DNA of 64,000 nucleotides from contig JAYWIR010000001.1 in assembly GCA_036172245.1 (NCBI GenBank), forward strand, positions 11,718,001 through 11,782,000. Reading direction: 5' to 3'. Made by a program: the position numbers and the translations under genes. Each line of letters opens with the position of its first letter. Position 1 is the first letter of the stretch. The notes below the pieces were generated by a model, which was not told the DNA's origin, searched no databases, and worked only from the letters and a program-made list of their open reading frames with translations. Below, piece after piece: positions 35,460-49,000 of the stretch. Source of the stretch: Raillietiella orientalis. Taxonomy: Eukaryota.

Positions 35460-35893
35460 TGTATAAAAATGGAAAAATATTGCACTCTTTTGACAGATCA
35501 CACGAAGCACTTCACGGATTCTTCCAGGAGTGCAGCGGCCCTTTCCCCTCTGCCGGGCCTCCCTTCCTCGTCTTTATCCTTTTTGTCGTCTGTTTGCTAC
35601 TTTTCAGTCGGCACGGGGGCGTCAACAGCCGCACACGCACAACGGCGGTCGTCCCCCTCCGGAGTCGTGGTGCTCCAGATCGGTCCCTGCAGGCGGCGCG
35701 GTGCTGTCCGTCGCAGCCCGCGGGCGGGAAGGAGACGCGAGAGAACGGGGGAGAAGGGGGAAGGGGAGGGATGCATGGCGGTGGGCGGCACTTTTGGTTT
35801 CCGGGCAACGCCACCTTTGCAAGGCGACACGACCTCGGGCATCCCGCTCCTCTCTCTGTTCTTCCTTCCTCCTCAGGGGGCGGGGGCAAGCGG

Positions 35894-37030
35894 TCAGATG
35901 GAGCTGGACGGCATCTTGTACGCACGGCTCCAGATTTCGCAGAGGCAGACTGTGGAATGGAACCGGTAGAATATGGCCAGAGGCATGCTGATGTGCGTTA
36001 TGATGGTCCATCCCAGCTTCCCGTAGAATTCCAACTGCAGCGGGTGGACGTTCGAGCGGCTCGTCTCGAAGGTGTTGATGGCCCACATGGCGAGGTTCGC
36101 CACCAGGAGGAAGGTCACTGCTTCGCGGCCAGGCTTCGACTCGTACTGACGCGTGGTGGTCACGCAGCGACGGATGGCGTGCAGGATGAAGATGGTCTGC
36201 ATGGTGCCCTCGAGCAGCATGGCCAGGCCGGTGACCAGCATGATGATGGAGCTTCTCTCCGCCATGAAGTACCCCCCGATGACTTTGAAGATGGTGTAGA
36301 TGTACAGGCCCGTCTGGGATATCACGAGCAGGATGCTGTCCAGCTCCATGTTGCTGGCCGCGTCGAAGGCCATATGGCGCATCCGGATAAAGCCGACCGC
36401 GATGGCCAGGCCGGACATGGCGTACAGAATGAGTTCAGAGACTTGCGACATGAGCACGGCGGTGTGGTAGTACGAATACCTGTCGATGTACACGAAGAAC
36501 AGGATGAGGCTGATGCTGGTCAGCACGAGCATCAGGATGCCCAAGAACAGACCCTTGTGCGCACCTGCACAGTCTACAGAGTAGTGGTGGCGTGAGCGCT
36601 TAAAGAGGCGGTCGGCCTGCATGTCCATCTCGTGTTTCATGTTCTGGCCGATGTTCTTCCACATCACGTACAAGATGGCCGCGCAGATGAGGCTGTACTC
36701 GATCGTACACGGGAACAGGAAAGGGGAAGCGCTCTTCACCAGCTCACCGAGCAGGTTCGATCGCTTGCAGTTGTACACGTACTCCGGGGTGTACAGGGAA
36801 CGCTTCAGAACTTGGTGCTCGCTCTCCAGGAAGGACAGGTTCCTCGGAGGGGGCTGGAGGAGGCGGTCGGTGACGTTGGAGACGGCGTCCGCTTCCGGAG
36901 GGCGGTATTCGAGGGTCAGGATCTCGTGCTTAGACTCCTGCACCAGGACGCTCAGCCAGACGCAGAGGTTGGCGGCGATCATGTGCATCAGACCGAAGCG
37001 CGCGATGTTCTTGTACTTCAGGATGAGGAC
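35894..37030 (-). CDS. OtopLc: OtopLc-like terminal exon (VLILKYKNIARFGLMH...MPSSSI*)
   Basis: Acceptor ttcgcgcag|gtc; 1137 nt open to TGA at 35894-35896; intact FYRFH box. Confidence 0.97.
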   Translation of the reverse strand, partial: VLILKYKNIARFGLMHMIAANLCVWLSVLVQESKHEILTLEYRPPEADAVSNVTDRLLQPPPRNLSFLESEHQVLKRSLYTPEYVYNCKRSNLLGELVKSASPFLFPCTIEYSLICAAILYVMWKNIGQNMKHEMDMQADRLFKRSRHHYSVDCAGAHKGLFLGILMLVLTSISLILFFVYIDRYSYYHTAVLMSQVSELILYAMSGLAIAVGFIRMRHMAFDAASNMELDSILLVISQTGLYIYTIFKVIGGYFMAERSSIIMLVTGLAMLLEGTMQTIFILHAIRRCVTTTRQYESKPGREAVTFLLVANLAMWAINTFETSRSNVHPLQLEFYGKLGWTIITHISMPLAIFYRFHSTVCLCEIWSRAYKMPSSSI

Positions 37031-40000
37031 CTGCGCGAAATAGGGACGGCTCAGTGAGGCGGAGAAGGTCGGAGCGGGGACGCTCCTGGGCGCAAGGGGG
37101 AGGCAAGAGTGGAGGAAGGAAGCGGTCCGCTCCACTCTCTCTCGGCTCGACCGAGACGCGTATGCATCCGTCCCCCAGGCTACGGGGAGAGGACGTAGAG
37201 CGAGAGGGAAGAACAGGCCTGCCGGTCGCGGGGAATCAATCGCTCCTGGTTCCTGGAAGCATGGACGGGAATTGCTGGGACGCTGGTGTGTTGCGAGACC
37301 CTCCCCCGCGGACAACCCCCAAGAGAGAGAGAAACGAAAAAAATGACAGCAACTGCTCCTTTCGGTGAGGTTGCCGCCAAATCCGATCCCCCCTGCGCAG
37401 ATGACCGCCTGCGTGGAGAGGCACACCCACGGCCCGATGCAAGACTGCAAATTCCTTTTGTCCGACCTCGGCGTTGATACCGAGGACCTCGGCCAATCAG
37501 CAGCAAGAAAAACACATTCACATGCGCCAACACGAACACGAACGCGCGTACATGGACGCACACGCGGACGAACACAAACACAGGGAAAGCCGCACGCTTT
37601 CCGAAACTCCCTCGCATCCCTGGAGATGGCAACCAGGAAGGAACTCGGGCATGGGAAGCGAGAACTGGGTTGCCTGGCAGCGCGCTCAGGAGCCACCTGC
37701 ATGCATCTCGAGGGCGCTCCAGAGCCGCTTGGAAAATGCGGATTTCCTTCGCCCCCGCAGGCGTATGTAGCGCCGCAGCAGTAGCCCCTCTAGAGCGTCC
37801 GACTACGTCCAGACCAAAGGGAAAGTTCCCTTGGAGCATGCCCCTTAAGAAAGAGACTGGCGGCTGCCGGGTTTCGCCGGGCTGCCCGACAGACCGAAAG
37901 ATACGTCCTTCGGAGCAAAGAGGGGTAGCCGTACGGAAAGGGCGGCCGCCTCCTCCACCTTCCTTTGTATAGAGAGAGAGTCCTTGGCTCAGATCTGAAG
38001 ATGACACGGTCGAAGACGCCTCCCGCCGGACTGCAGCCGTCGTCCTTCCGGAGCAGGAGGGTGAGCAGGAAGACAGGAAGAAGAGCACCGTTCCCGCCGT
38101 CGGCAAGAGGAGTGTGGGAAAGAAGGGCGAGGAGGAGGGGTCGCTTTGGCGCCGATGAGCCAGGCCGGGTTAGCCTTGAGCAACCGGGGTCCGGCGAGGT
38201 GGTACTCACGCGGGAGTTCAAAAATATGAAGTACATCTGGAAGAAGATGAACGCGACTCTGGAGGCTGGAGAAACGGCCAGTAGAATGTTGTAGCAATCG
38301 ATGCTGACCTCGAGCTCGAAGAACTGGCTGAACTCCAGGACCGAGTAGATCATGCTCCCGACGCCGAAGGCTGGAGACGGGAAAGAAGTGAAAAGAGAGG
38401 GAGGGTGAGCACTGGAGGGGCCGCGGCGAGGACGGGCGGCCTGGAGACTCACCGACCGCTCCCATCTTCAGGTAGAAGCTTCCGAAGCGCTGGTTCCAGT
38501 GCTCGTACCGCTTCTTGCGGTTCAAGCCGCTGGTGGACAACTCCCCGTCGTCCTGGAAACTGAAGCTGCTCTGGGAGTAGCCAACTGGAAGAAGCAGAAG
38601 CGCCTTTCGCCTCACGGCCCTCCGGGAGGAAAGCGCTCCTACTTTTGGTGCCCTTCTTGAACTTGGGGGACAGCTTCTTGTTGCCGAAGATGAATATATA
38701 CACGTACAGGAGGAAAAATATACTTCCCAGGTACAGGTACACGTAAAATGCCTGGAACAGCGGTGTTGGGCGACACTGGAAAGCGAATTGCGGGCCGGGA
38801 TCAGTACCTCGTAGAAGGACGGAGCGATCTGTGTCGAGATGACCTCGGCCATCGGGAAGGCCATGCCCATCACCACCAGGAGCTTGCCGTAGATGGCGCT
38901 GAGCACTTTCACCAGAGTGTCCCTGGAAAGAAGAGATGCGCCGTGGTGAGTCTTCTCGAAGCCCGACTGCTGTTGCTGCCGCCCACGGCTGCCGCAAGGA
39001 GACCGAGCAAAGGCAGCAAGAATCAAAGGGGGGGAAAAAAAAGCCGAGAAGGCCCGGAAGAACTGAGGCTGGAGGAGGAGGATCGCCTCCGCGTGCTGCA
39101 CGACCGACGACAGGTCACCTACCACTCGCGACCAAACGCGCACGTGCGTATGAGTGGCTCGTGCAGTCCCGGAATCGCCTCCGAGAAACGGTCGTCCCAT
39201 CCCCTCGGGAGATTTGTCCATCGCCGATACAGACAGCGCTCGCCTGCATCAGAGGAAACTGCAGCCCCCCATCGTTGCACAAGGCAATCCTGGGGGAAGC
39301 CGGCCGCATGGACGATGGGAGAACCGCACGCGTGGTCCTGGACAGATGATTCTGCGACCACCCGACCTTCGATCAGCCACGAGGCACCCCACCCCACCCT
39401 ACGGACCTTCGCAGAAAGGAGCCTCTCCTGCTTTCCTCAAAGGTGGGCGCAGGGCGAAGAACAACCCCAAACGGCAGATGCTTTCGGGCACTCAGCAAGG
39501 AGCTGATCCGCCACGGGCATGGGGGCGAACCACGCCCCGCAGAGAACCAACCGTCCAGGGTGGCGCGCGAGCGCGGGAACTCGAGCAATGCCTCACAGAG
39601 GAGGAACGCGACATTTGAGGGATGCTGAGCAGAATCCACGGCGGGATGCATCCCTGCCAACGGAAAAAATCGACGTCCGGTCGGAAGGCCTCGGGGAGGA
39701 CGAGAAGATACAGAAGATACATCCGTGGGACGGGAAAAGGAGTATCCCTCAAGGACTCCGCTCGGTGGGGCGATGCCGACCCTCCCAGAGTGAACTGGAG
39801 CGTCCCTCGATAGCCGCGGAGTTCGGCTGAATATGTGTGCCGGGTCAAAGGTCACAGGGAGTCTTCGAGAGGAGGCTGGGGGTGCGAGGATCCGCCGCTG
39901 TGCGTTCGCAAAAGGCAAAGCAGGGGTCCGCTCCCCGGACCTGGACTCTACCGGAAGTCCCAGGTCCCCTCTCCAGCCAGCTTTCCAGGAGGAACGGGTG

Positions 40001-43000
40001 CGTGCCACCCGCAAGTTGGTGCTGTTTCCGCTTCCCGGGGGAGTGCGGCGCGCGCCGTAGCCATGGAGACACCCTCCTTCCCCTGCCTTCCCTTCCTGAG
40101 GGTTTGGCCTCGCTGAGCGTCCCAAGAGAAGGCGAGAAGGGGGTGGCGCAGGGGGAGCCACCGCTCCTGGTGCTACTTCGCTGCAGTTTCTCGTCCGTGG
40201 AGCGGAAGGACGCAAGGACAGTCCGCAGGGGCTTCTCAGCTTCGGTCCCTTCGGCGAGAAGGGGCGGGCTCGAAAGGGATAGAGGAGGGGGAGAAGAATG
40301 TGCGAGAGATACGATGCCGCAGCTCCCTGCCTCTTCCGGTCTGGTCTTCCCAGCGAGCTCGGCGGAGGCGACTTCTCAGGAATCCCCTTAGATGGCGCGC
40401 AAGAAAGGCAAGCGGGGGAGAGGGGAGGGGGACGCGACGGCCGCGCGGCGCGTTCCTCCCCCCTCCCCCTCGTTCTTCCCCTCTTCCTCTAGGAAGCGAA
40501 GAAAGGGCTGCTGCCTTTCCGCTCGTCTCACGCGACCTCCAGGACCTCCTTCGGCTCGGGAGAACGAAGAAACGCCGTAAGTTGGGACTCCTCCTCCGGC
40601 GCCGAGGCGACTGCATGGGGGAGAAGAGAAGAACATTCCTGCCTTTCCCTCGTCACCTCCCTCCTTCCCTCCCACCGACCGGCCCCATTCAGCCGATCTG
40701 CCTTGGTCGCACTGACAGGAGATTACGCGACGCAGCGGCTGCCGCCCAGCGAGAGCGCCAGAGCACACGGTAAGCCGCAACTCCAGAGAGCCCCGGAGGT
40801 GTCCTTCGACGAGCACGCCACCCTCCCTCCCCAGAAGGAAGGGACACATGTCCTTGCCCCGGTCAAGACGTTCACCTGGACTTCCTGTCCCATTCGGTGC
40901 GCAGGAAATCTTCAGATCCGTACCTGTGGATGACCACTTCGTTCATGCTGACTGACCCGGCTCCTTTGTCGTTGAGGCTGGAAAGGATAGATAGGAAAAG
41001 AGGGGGGGAGGGGAGAGGAAGGGGGGAGAACGAAAAATCGTGGAAGCTGAAATCCTCTCTCCTCTGCAAGCGGAGGACGCCTCGACGGAACGGCGTGTGG
41101 TTACGCTCATGCGTCGGGCCCTCGGCGCCTTCAGGCACGGCGGCGCTCGGCGAGGAAACCCACGGGAAAACGCCCCACCCCAGACACGAGGGGGTGGGCT
41201 AATTGACGCCGCCACCACTCACGGATGGTAAAAAAAAGAAAAAAAAGAAAAAGAAAAAAAAAAGAAAAAGAGAAAGAAAGAAAAGAGAGGGGGGAGACAA
41301 ACGCATGCACGCACAGAAGGGAGCAGGAAGAGCTCTTTCCTGCCCCCCCCCCCCCCCCCCCCGGACGCCGACGCTCCCCGCCGAGGGAGAGGCCGCCGAG
41401 CGCCGCGGAAAGAAAGCTCTGCGACGCACGGAGACGCAGCCAGAGAGGAGGGGGGAAAGAGGGAAGCTTGCGGCTTCCGGTGTTGTTCCGGGGCACCAAA
41501 GCACGCTAGGATCGGCCCCTGCCCCGCCACCACCCTCTTCCCCCTTTCTTCCTCCGTGGCCCCCCTCAAAACAAAAATGCAGAAACCTCGAGGTTGCGCC
41601 GTCTCTGAAGCTCCGGGCGCTCCTGCACGTCTCGAGGATGGAAGTCGTCTCTTTCACGTCCTGCAGCTGCGCCGACAGCAGGCACCCGTTCTGCGAGATG
41701 GCCAGCAGCGGCACCCCGGGCCTGGGTTTAAGCTGTAGGAGACCGCTGTCGATTTCCTGAACGTCCGCGGGCGCCCTCAGGCTTCTGGTTTTACGCTCGT
41801 CCGCCAGGGGCGGCCTGAGCTTCGTCCATCTACCGGAGAGAAGCAGCACGTTGTCTTCCCCGCCCAGGCAGTTCGCCCCGCAGCGCGAGAGGAAGGAAAG
41901 GGGAGGGGAGGGGAGAGAATCGGGAAGGAAGGGAGGGGGGGCGCGACCCTCCCGCTGCTTTCCCCCAGGCCCGGATCTCAGGGGGGAGGATCAAATAGCG
42001 TGCGCGGAGGGACGGGAGGGTTCAAGAAACTCGGCAGCGGCGCCACCTCGAAATTCGACCCGCCGTGAAAACTACGGCGGAAGCGGAACCGCCGACGGCG
42101 CCCCGTCCGCCGGGCTAGACGTGGCTTTTCGCATCTCCGGTCGGATCTAGGAACCCGGCACCCGTACTCCCCCCGTTAGGGACAGCGTACTCCTTTGGTG
42201 CTCGCAAGTCTTCCTGGGGTGAAGCGCGCCGCCGCTGTACGTCCTCTCCGAGAACACGGTTCCCGGTGACGGCACCTGGCAACCCTGGGGCACACTTTTC
42301 GGGGCCTTTTGCTTGTTTCCTCTCTGCAACTTTCTTTTTCCGACTGGCCTTCGCGGGTGAGGCTATGGGGCCGCGCATCACGCGGTTCCCAAGTGAATCG
42401 CCGAGGTGAGGCCCCTGGAGCTTCCGGTCGGTCGCACGTCCGCAGGGAGGGTGCGTGCTGGACAGTCGCCATGGAAACAAACCGGGGTCACCCGCCTCCC
42501 GACGGCGCCCACGGAAGTGGACCGCCTCTCCATCCCCGCGTTGCCAGCGAGACGAGGAGGCAAAGGTCGGACTGACGTCGCGTCTTTTTCCGGTTCCGAA
42601 AGACGTCCCGCCGGAAGGGGAGGAGCCTCCAGAGCGCGAAGAGGACGACTGTCGCGCCGGAGCTTGCTTCCGGTTCGCACCACCTTAGGCTGCGGGGTTG
42701 AAGAGGACGACCTCCCACGAGAGGAACCCGGCCAAAGAATAACGCCGGCTGATTTCGTCAGCATGGAGGACCAACGCGCCCCTAGCGACGGAAACGGAGC
42801 CACCTTCCCCCTCGCGGGAGCGGCAGCTAAAGCCCGCGCCGCGCTTCTTCCGCTCCCGGTCTCAACCCGAGGAAAAGCCGGACGCGGGCGGACCACAGGT
42901 GACGGTCCGTTCAGCCTAGATGGCCTGAATCACCCGGAGGCGCTCGGAGCGGACCCCCTTGCGAGGAACGAGGTCAACCGAAAACGGCAACGCCAAAGTC

Positions 43001-46000
43001 TCTGCTCCCTTGGTATGGCTGTGGCCGCCGAAGGACTCGGGTCAGCAGCGGGTTTTTCCTCCCTGGAAACGCTTCCCGCTTCCGTGGAGACGGCGTGGAA
43101 GCGAGACGTGGTGGTGTTTGCCGTCACAAGCACTGACCCACCCCAAAGTCTTCTTTCTGTCAGCTTGGAGAGGGAGAGAGTAGACCCCGGGCTGCCTGGA
43201 TCCCTTTCAAGGCTACCTCTATCCAGAGGAAAGTCCGCATCCCCGGGCACTGCCTACGCCAGGAGATGGATGAGTGCGTGGAATGGCGTGGGTGCTATGC
43301 GTTTCCTTTCTATTCCAACCCCCCCTCCCCCTTCTGTAGCTTTCCCGGTGGGAAGAACGGGGTGAAAGGTACGTGAGCTCCTGCCGGCGGAGCGCGAGCC
43401 GAGGATGACAGCATCAGCCCGGAAACCGCTTAGAACTAGAGTGGTTTCATCCGTTCTGGTTCGTTAAGGCATCGGCGGTGACAGCAATGGATTCTAAAAC
43501 GTGGTCCCAGCGCAGCACGGGGTGCACAGCGAATTATCCCTCGCCCCTTCGTGGTGTGGGACTAGCAGCGTCGGATTACAGCGTTTCCGATGATGACAGG
43601 AACGGGTTGACTGATCGCAGAACCAGTCCGTGAGGGATCACGGGATTGGTACTCGAAGTGACCAATTTCTGCCATCAAAATGCTTCAGCAATGCTCATGA
43701 GCGATCAGCCGGCAACGACTGCAGGTGTCTGCCCGAAGCTGCAGTTCAAAAACTCGACTCTCCTGGGGAGGCGCCAGAGCCATCTCCTCAGAGCATCTCG
43801 AAGCGCACGTCTCGACAGAGGGCGCAGCCATCGCGAAAAAAAACACACACGCAAGCGAAAGCGAGAACGCGCGTGGGAGGACGCCCAAAGCGAACGCTCG
43901 CGACACGTGATCACGAGTCGCCACCACCATTGCCGCCGCCACGTCTTCGAATTTCTTGTTTGCCTCCTCCCCACAATAACGAATGGTCCTACGCGTGACT
44001 GCCGCGTGGAGGCGGGTGGGTCTCCCCAGTCGGCAAGCAAGAAGAGGAAGGTAGAGGGACCAGAAAAGAACGGAGCAGGCGGAGCTACTGCATCTGCCCG
44101 CCCCCTTCCTTTTGTTCTTCGCTTCGGAGGGGGGAAAGGAGAGCCGCAGCCTGTCTACCTGGGGAAGACGCGAGAAACCAGGCCGCACCTTCGCCACGGA
44201 GCCCACCGAGGGTGGACGCCGTTGGCCACGCTTACCAGGCCGGAGCGCACGCGCGGCCGCCGACCGGGACCCCCACCGACAGGAGGAGGAGCGCCTGGGC
44301 CGGAGGTTGCATGCGCCTGGCTCTTTCGGATCGCTCCAGGAGACGCAGCAGCCGGATCTGCGCTGCGCTGCTTCGAAACTTCCCTGCTGCGGAAGGATGC
44401 GGGCGCGAACCGGGAAGGCCGACTCGAACGGGCGGACGGGAAGGGAGGGAGGGGGGAATTCCGCCGTTGCCATGTCTCCGGAGACTCGGCGGCGCGCGGG
44501 AGGATCCCGGTGCGTTTCCACGAGAAAGGCGCTCCCAGGGTGATGCTGGTACCGCCATCGAAACGGGTCCCGACCAGTTCCCGAACGAACCGCTACCATG
44601 AAGCCGCAGCATCCATCCATCCGCGAGCCACAAGAGCGCCCCTCTCCTCCTCCTATCCTCGCGCGTCTCCCGCTCAACCGAAGTGATGACTTCGGCGCCC
44701 CAACCCCGTGCGCACGTCCCGCAAGACCCCCCCCTCCCCGCTGCATCCGTGGGGAGGTCTGCATACGTTTCCCCGGTTCCCTGCTCACCCTTCCTCTCGT
44801 TTGTGCATCGCCTCGGGCCAGCTTTCCGGATGTGGCGCACTTTCGACCCTCGGGCCAGCTTCCGGGGAACAAGACTTCCGGGGTCGCTTCCCCTCCACCA
44901 AGCCGCCGCCTCGAGGAACCCTCTGAAGGGGCCGAGGCCAGTCGCTTAGCCGAAACCTCCGCCATCCCAAGGACTCGGAGGGCGCGAAGGGAAATGACCA
45001 GAGGCGGATGCCTCCTGTGCTGGGTCCGTGACTCGCTACCCCAGGAGTGCCGCCTCGTGGAAAGGTGCGTGGGACGGGGAATGGAGAGGGAAACGAACGA
45101 CCTCGCACCAACGCGGGTTCGGACGGCAGCTGGACGGCAGGGTGCGGGAAGTTCACTGGTGGCTCTGCCAGCGCTCTGGTGCTAGTCGAGGAACGCCGAA
45201 GGCATTCGGCGCCCACCCAACCGCACCTCCGCGGGTTTAAGGAAAGCGAAAGGGTGCAGCCCTGCTTCCTTCTCCCTCCTCTTCTTTCCTTCCCGACCTT
45301 CCATCCCTCCACTTGTTTTTTCCCTCTAGTGGCTTCAGCATTGGAAGCGTGGCCTCCGCTGTGACCCTGAGGGCCGGCAGCGGCAAAGATCTAAAGGCGA
45401 GCTCCTTTTCCGATCGGCTCCCACAGGAGGGCCAAGGACGCGCTCCTCCCGGAACGGTTGGGAAGCTCGTCCGTCCGGAAGCGCGGAAGGCAGCTGTGGG
45501 AGGGCGATCGCATAGCGCGACTTCCCACGGAACTGTTTGCGCTGGAACGGATGCTGAATCTCTAAAGATGCTGTCGCTGCTCTTCTTAGAGATCGGCTGG
45601 AGGACTTCTGCCGCTCCTCCTTGGAGGGCGGGAAATGTCGCGAGGGGGAAAGAGGGGGTGCCAACGCAGAGCCACCTCCCCTTCTGCTCTTCCTCCGTCC
45701 GGCCTAGTGGGTGCCACCCACCCCTCTGACCGGACGGAAGCACGAGATCCAGGAATAAAAAAGGGGAGGGGGAGGGAGAAAGGGCGCTTCCTAGAAACCG
45801 TCCGGGACGGGTGCTGTTGCGCTGGAATCATCAGAGGGACAGCGTGGACCACGAGTGGACTCCGTCCACTTTGATCCTCTCCCTCCGGTGGCCGGGGAAT
45901 TCCACCCATCCCGATCTCCCTCCTGTGGCTTTCGACCTCTTCGATACCTCCGTCACCCGACGGGGAGGCGCGAACCCCGAGCAGTCGGGGAGAGCCGAGA

Positions 46001-49000
46001 AGCAGCTGCGGGCGCGCGGCGGCTGTCGGGAAAGGAAGAGAGGAAGGAGGGGTGAGGAACGAAGGCGTGGTGCTCAGCGTGGAAGAAAGCGCTTCTCGAC
46101 TCCCACCCTCCCACACACATCCGCACCATGACGGCACGTCGCCAGACGGTGCGTTCCTCCTTGCAGGAGAGTGCACCAGAAGGTGGCGCACTGCGCGTGG
46201 GGAGAGACCCTGGGAGTCGCCGTTCCGTCCGGCGGCTGCAGGCGAAACTCAGGGTCCAGCGGGCGAGCGACGCCGAAAGGGCGTCCAGCGTCACCGCCCG
46301 CTCCGTATCCAGCGAAAGAGCCGGTAGTGAGAGAAAGAAGAAGCTGGTGCGGAGCACTTGGCGATGCTGCCGCCAGGAGGCAGGGCTCCCGGGCCGAATC
46401 CGCGCTTTTGCCTCGCCAGTTGCTGCGGTAACGCAGGCGAGGCGTGCTCGCTTGCCTGGTTGGGCAGGAAGCGTCCGCGTCCCGCCCGCGTAGTGCAAGA
46501 TGAACCGAGGACTTCCGAAGCGGCATCCCCCCAACTCCCGGCAACGCGAGACAAAGCGCACGAAAGAGATCGGGGGTGTGCAAGGGCCGAAGGATGCCCC
46601 GGCCCTGCCGGTGCTCCCAACGAACGCGCCCGGGCGCACATTCCGGATCGTGCGCGCGGGCAAACTCCCACTCCCTCCCCGACCGCAAGGGAAGGGGACC
46701 GCCACCGCCGCTTCCAGCGGATCGCGGTTCCTCTCCCGTTTCCCTGAGTGGGGGGCGCGCCGCGCAATTCGGCGGCGGGAGAAGGGGTTACCTGCTTCCG
46801 GATCTTTTCCCCTCCGGTGGGGAGCGCCGCTTGCGCTCGCCGGAAGATGACAACGCCAGCAGCCGCACGCACCTGCTTTTCATCGGGGCGGGATGGATGG
46901 ATGGGTGTCGCGCCAGCTGAGCACACGGCGGCACTGAATCCCTCCAAAGCCACAGTGATCTGTTGTAAGAGAGACCGATCGTGATAAAATGTTTATCACG
47001 ATCGAACTGGGCGCGGTAAAAAAAAAAAAAAAAAAAAAGAAAGAAAAGGAAAAGAGAGAATAGTAAAAAAAAAAAAAAAGAGCAAAGCAAGAGAACAGAG
47101 GAGGAGGAAGGGGAGGGAAGATTAGGGACGACGACAGCACCTGTGAAATCCGAACGAGAATCTGCATCGCGATGACAGGATGTCGCGACGCACCACCTAA
47201 TTAAGCGGGTCCTTGACTGCAGGACGCACCTGAGCGTCCCTCCGGGTTCTTGACTGCGGAACACCCGAATTTCCCTGCGGGCTCATCTGCATGCTGGCGA
47301 TACAGCGCGATCGCATCCGCGATGTGCCCAGTTCAGCCCGAGTCGACTCGACTGATAACGGGGCGGCTAGGAAAACTTCCCCGAGGCCGGGAGCGAGGAG
47401 GAACTGCAGGCGGGTTCGGCTCCAGTTTCCCGACACGGCACCCACCCTTTCCGCGACTTCCGCGCCTGCCGCCGCCTGCCTCGCAGCGAGGAATCATCAG
47501 AGCCAGCAGGCAGATGCGGCGCTCTGATGTGAGCGCATCTTTTCCGCCGCAGCGCCTTGCGGCGCTCCGCGAGCGGCAAGCGATCCTCCCTGGTGTCCGT
47601 CGGGCTTGCGCAGGAGCGTCCGCTGGTGCCAGCGGCACCGCGGGGTCCGCACGCACGCCGAATAGAGTTCTTCCTGCGGCGAAGAGGTTCGCTTCGCACG
47701 GACAAATGTCCCGAGAATGCAGTAGACGTAGGGAGGCGGTCGCCAGAAACCGCTCCTCTCCCCCTGCGCAGCTCAGGGCAAATCAGCAAGCCGCTCAGCC
47801 CGGTTCCTCTCGAACCAAACGCGAATGTGCAACGCAGCGAACGCCCGCAGGGCGCGCAGCGAGGGAGACGCCAGGGGGTGCGATGGATGCTCCTACGCAA
47901 ACACACGAAGGCGGGTGGCTCAAGGGCAAGTATCACAAGTATGCACAAGTGGATGTGTAAGACACGGTTACCACTGTGCCAAAGAGATGGCGGCAGCTTT
48001 CATCTCCGATCTCGGGACCTTGGTCGAGAAACACGGAGCCGCGACTGGAGGTCCGAACGCCTCCGACGGGCCGTCGCGCGCGTGCTCGGGGGTCACTCAA
48101 CTCGCCTGGCGCTTTGCACCACCTCACCTTGGCTCTGTCCCATGGGGACCCGAGGATAACACGGCTGCAGGGATCCTTCCGGCGGGAGGCATAAGTATCA
48201 CTGGGACCCCGGTTTTGAAGGTGGGAGGAGGGCGGACGAGACGGTCGCAGTGGTGACGGTGCCAGATTGGAAACACCCATCCCTCCCGCGCGAAGAGAAT
48301 ACATACGTGGCAGCACGGCAACGCTGAGGTCTGAGGAAGGGCACCTTCCGAAGCGCAGCAGCAGCAACCCGGTCCCGAGGAGAGCGCAGAACCTCACCCG
48401 GACAACGACATGCCACCGACCCAGAAGCGCCTCCTCGCACATGCAGCCCGACTGCAACGGGAAGATGCGCTCACATCTGTTCCGATGCACGGGGAACACG
48501 AGAGTATCTTCCTGTTTCGGAAACTGCGCGTCTCCACCGGTGGTCCCACCCTTGGCAGCAGCTCGCCGCGACGCTCAAGCAGCCAGACGAGAAGGGAAGT
48601 AAAGGGGACGCTTCGAATAAGGATGGATTCGTCCAGGGGCAGACGAAATTCCAGTACTTTTCCCTCAAAGACAGACAGAAAGCCCTCCTCCTCCTCTTTG
48701 ATGGCAGAGGGAGACGCAATTCGACACGGGGACACCCTCCGGATGTTCCCAACAGTAAGTGGCCCGGAGCACGCAGGAATCTATGGGGTTTTTTTTTTTC
48801 TTTACTTAAAAAAAAGAAAGAAAGAAACAAAGAAAAGGAGGAGGGAAAACGACGAGGGTTCAAAACCATTTAGAAACAAACGACGGTTCCTACGATGACG
48901 GCTCAGCTGCTCACAACGCAAGCATCCGCGCGCACCCGACGGGAAGCAAACTCCCAGCTTTCGGCGCGAACGAGGGGATGGCACGAAACGCCACGCGCAT

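Noticed and set aside
35870..35896. Stop-codon readthrough at TGA-C of the OtopLc-like gene
   Set aside because: The next in-frame stop follows after six codons and the context is not the strong TGA-CTA type.
35447..36595. 382-aa plus-strand ORF
   Set aside because: Antisense shadow of the OtopLc-like terminal exon caused by high GC at third codon positions; no independent signal.
37031..37702. N-terminal extension of the 602-aa ORF (likewise 11192-11536 of the 472-aa ORF)
   Set aside because: Lies upstream of clear splice acceptors; otopetrin similarity starts exactly at the AG.
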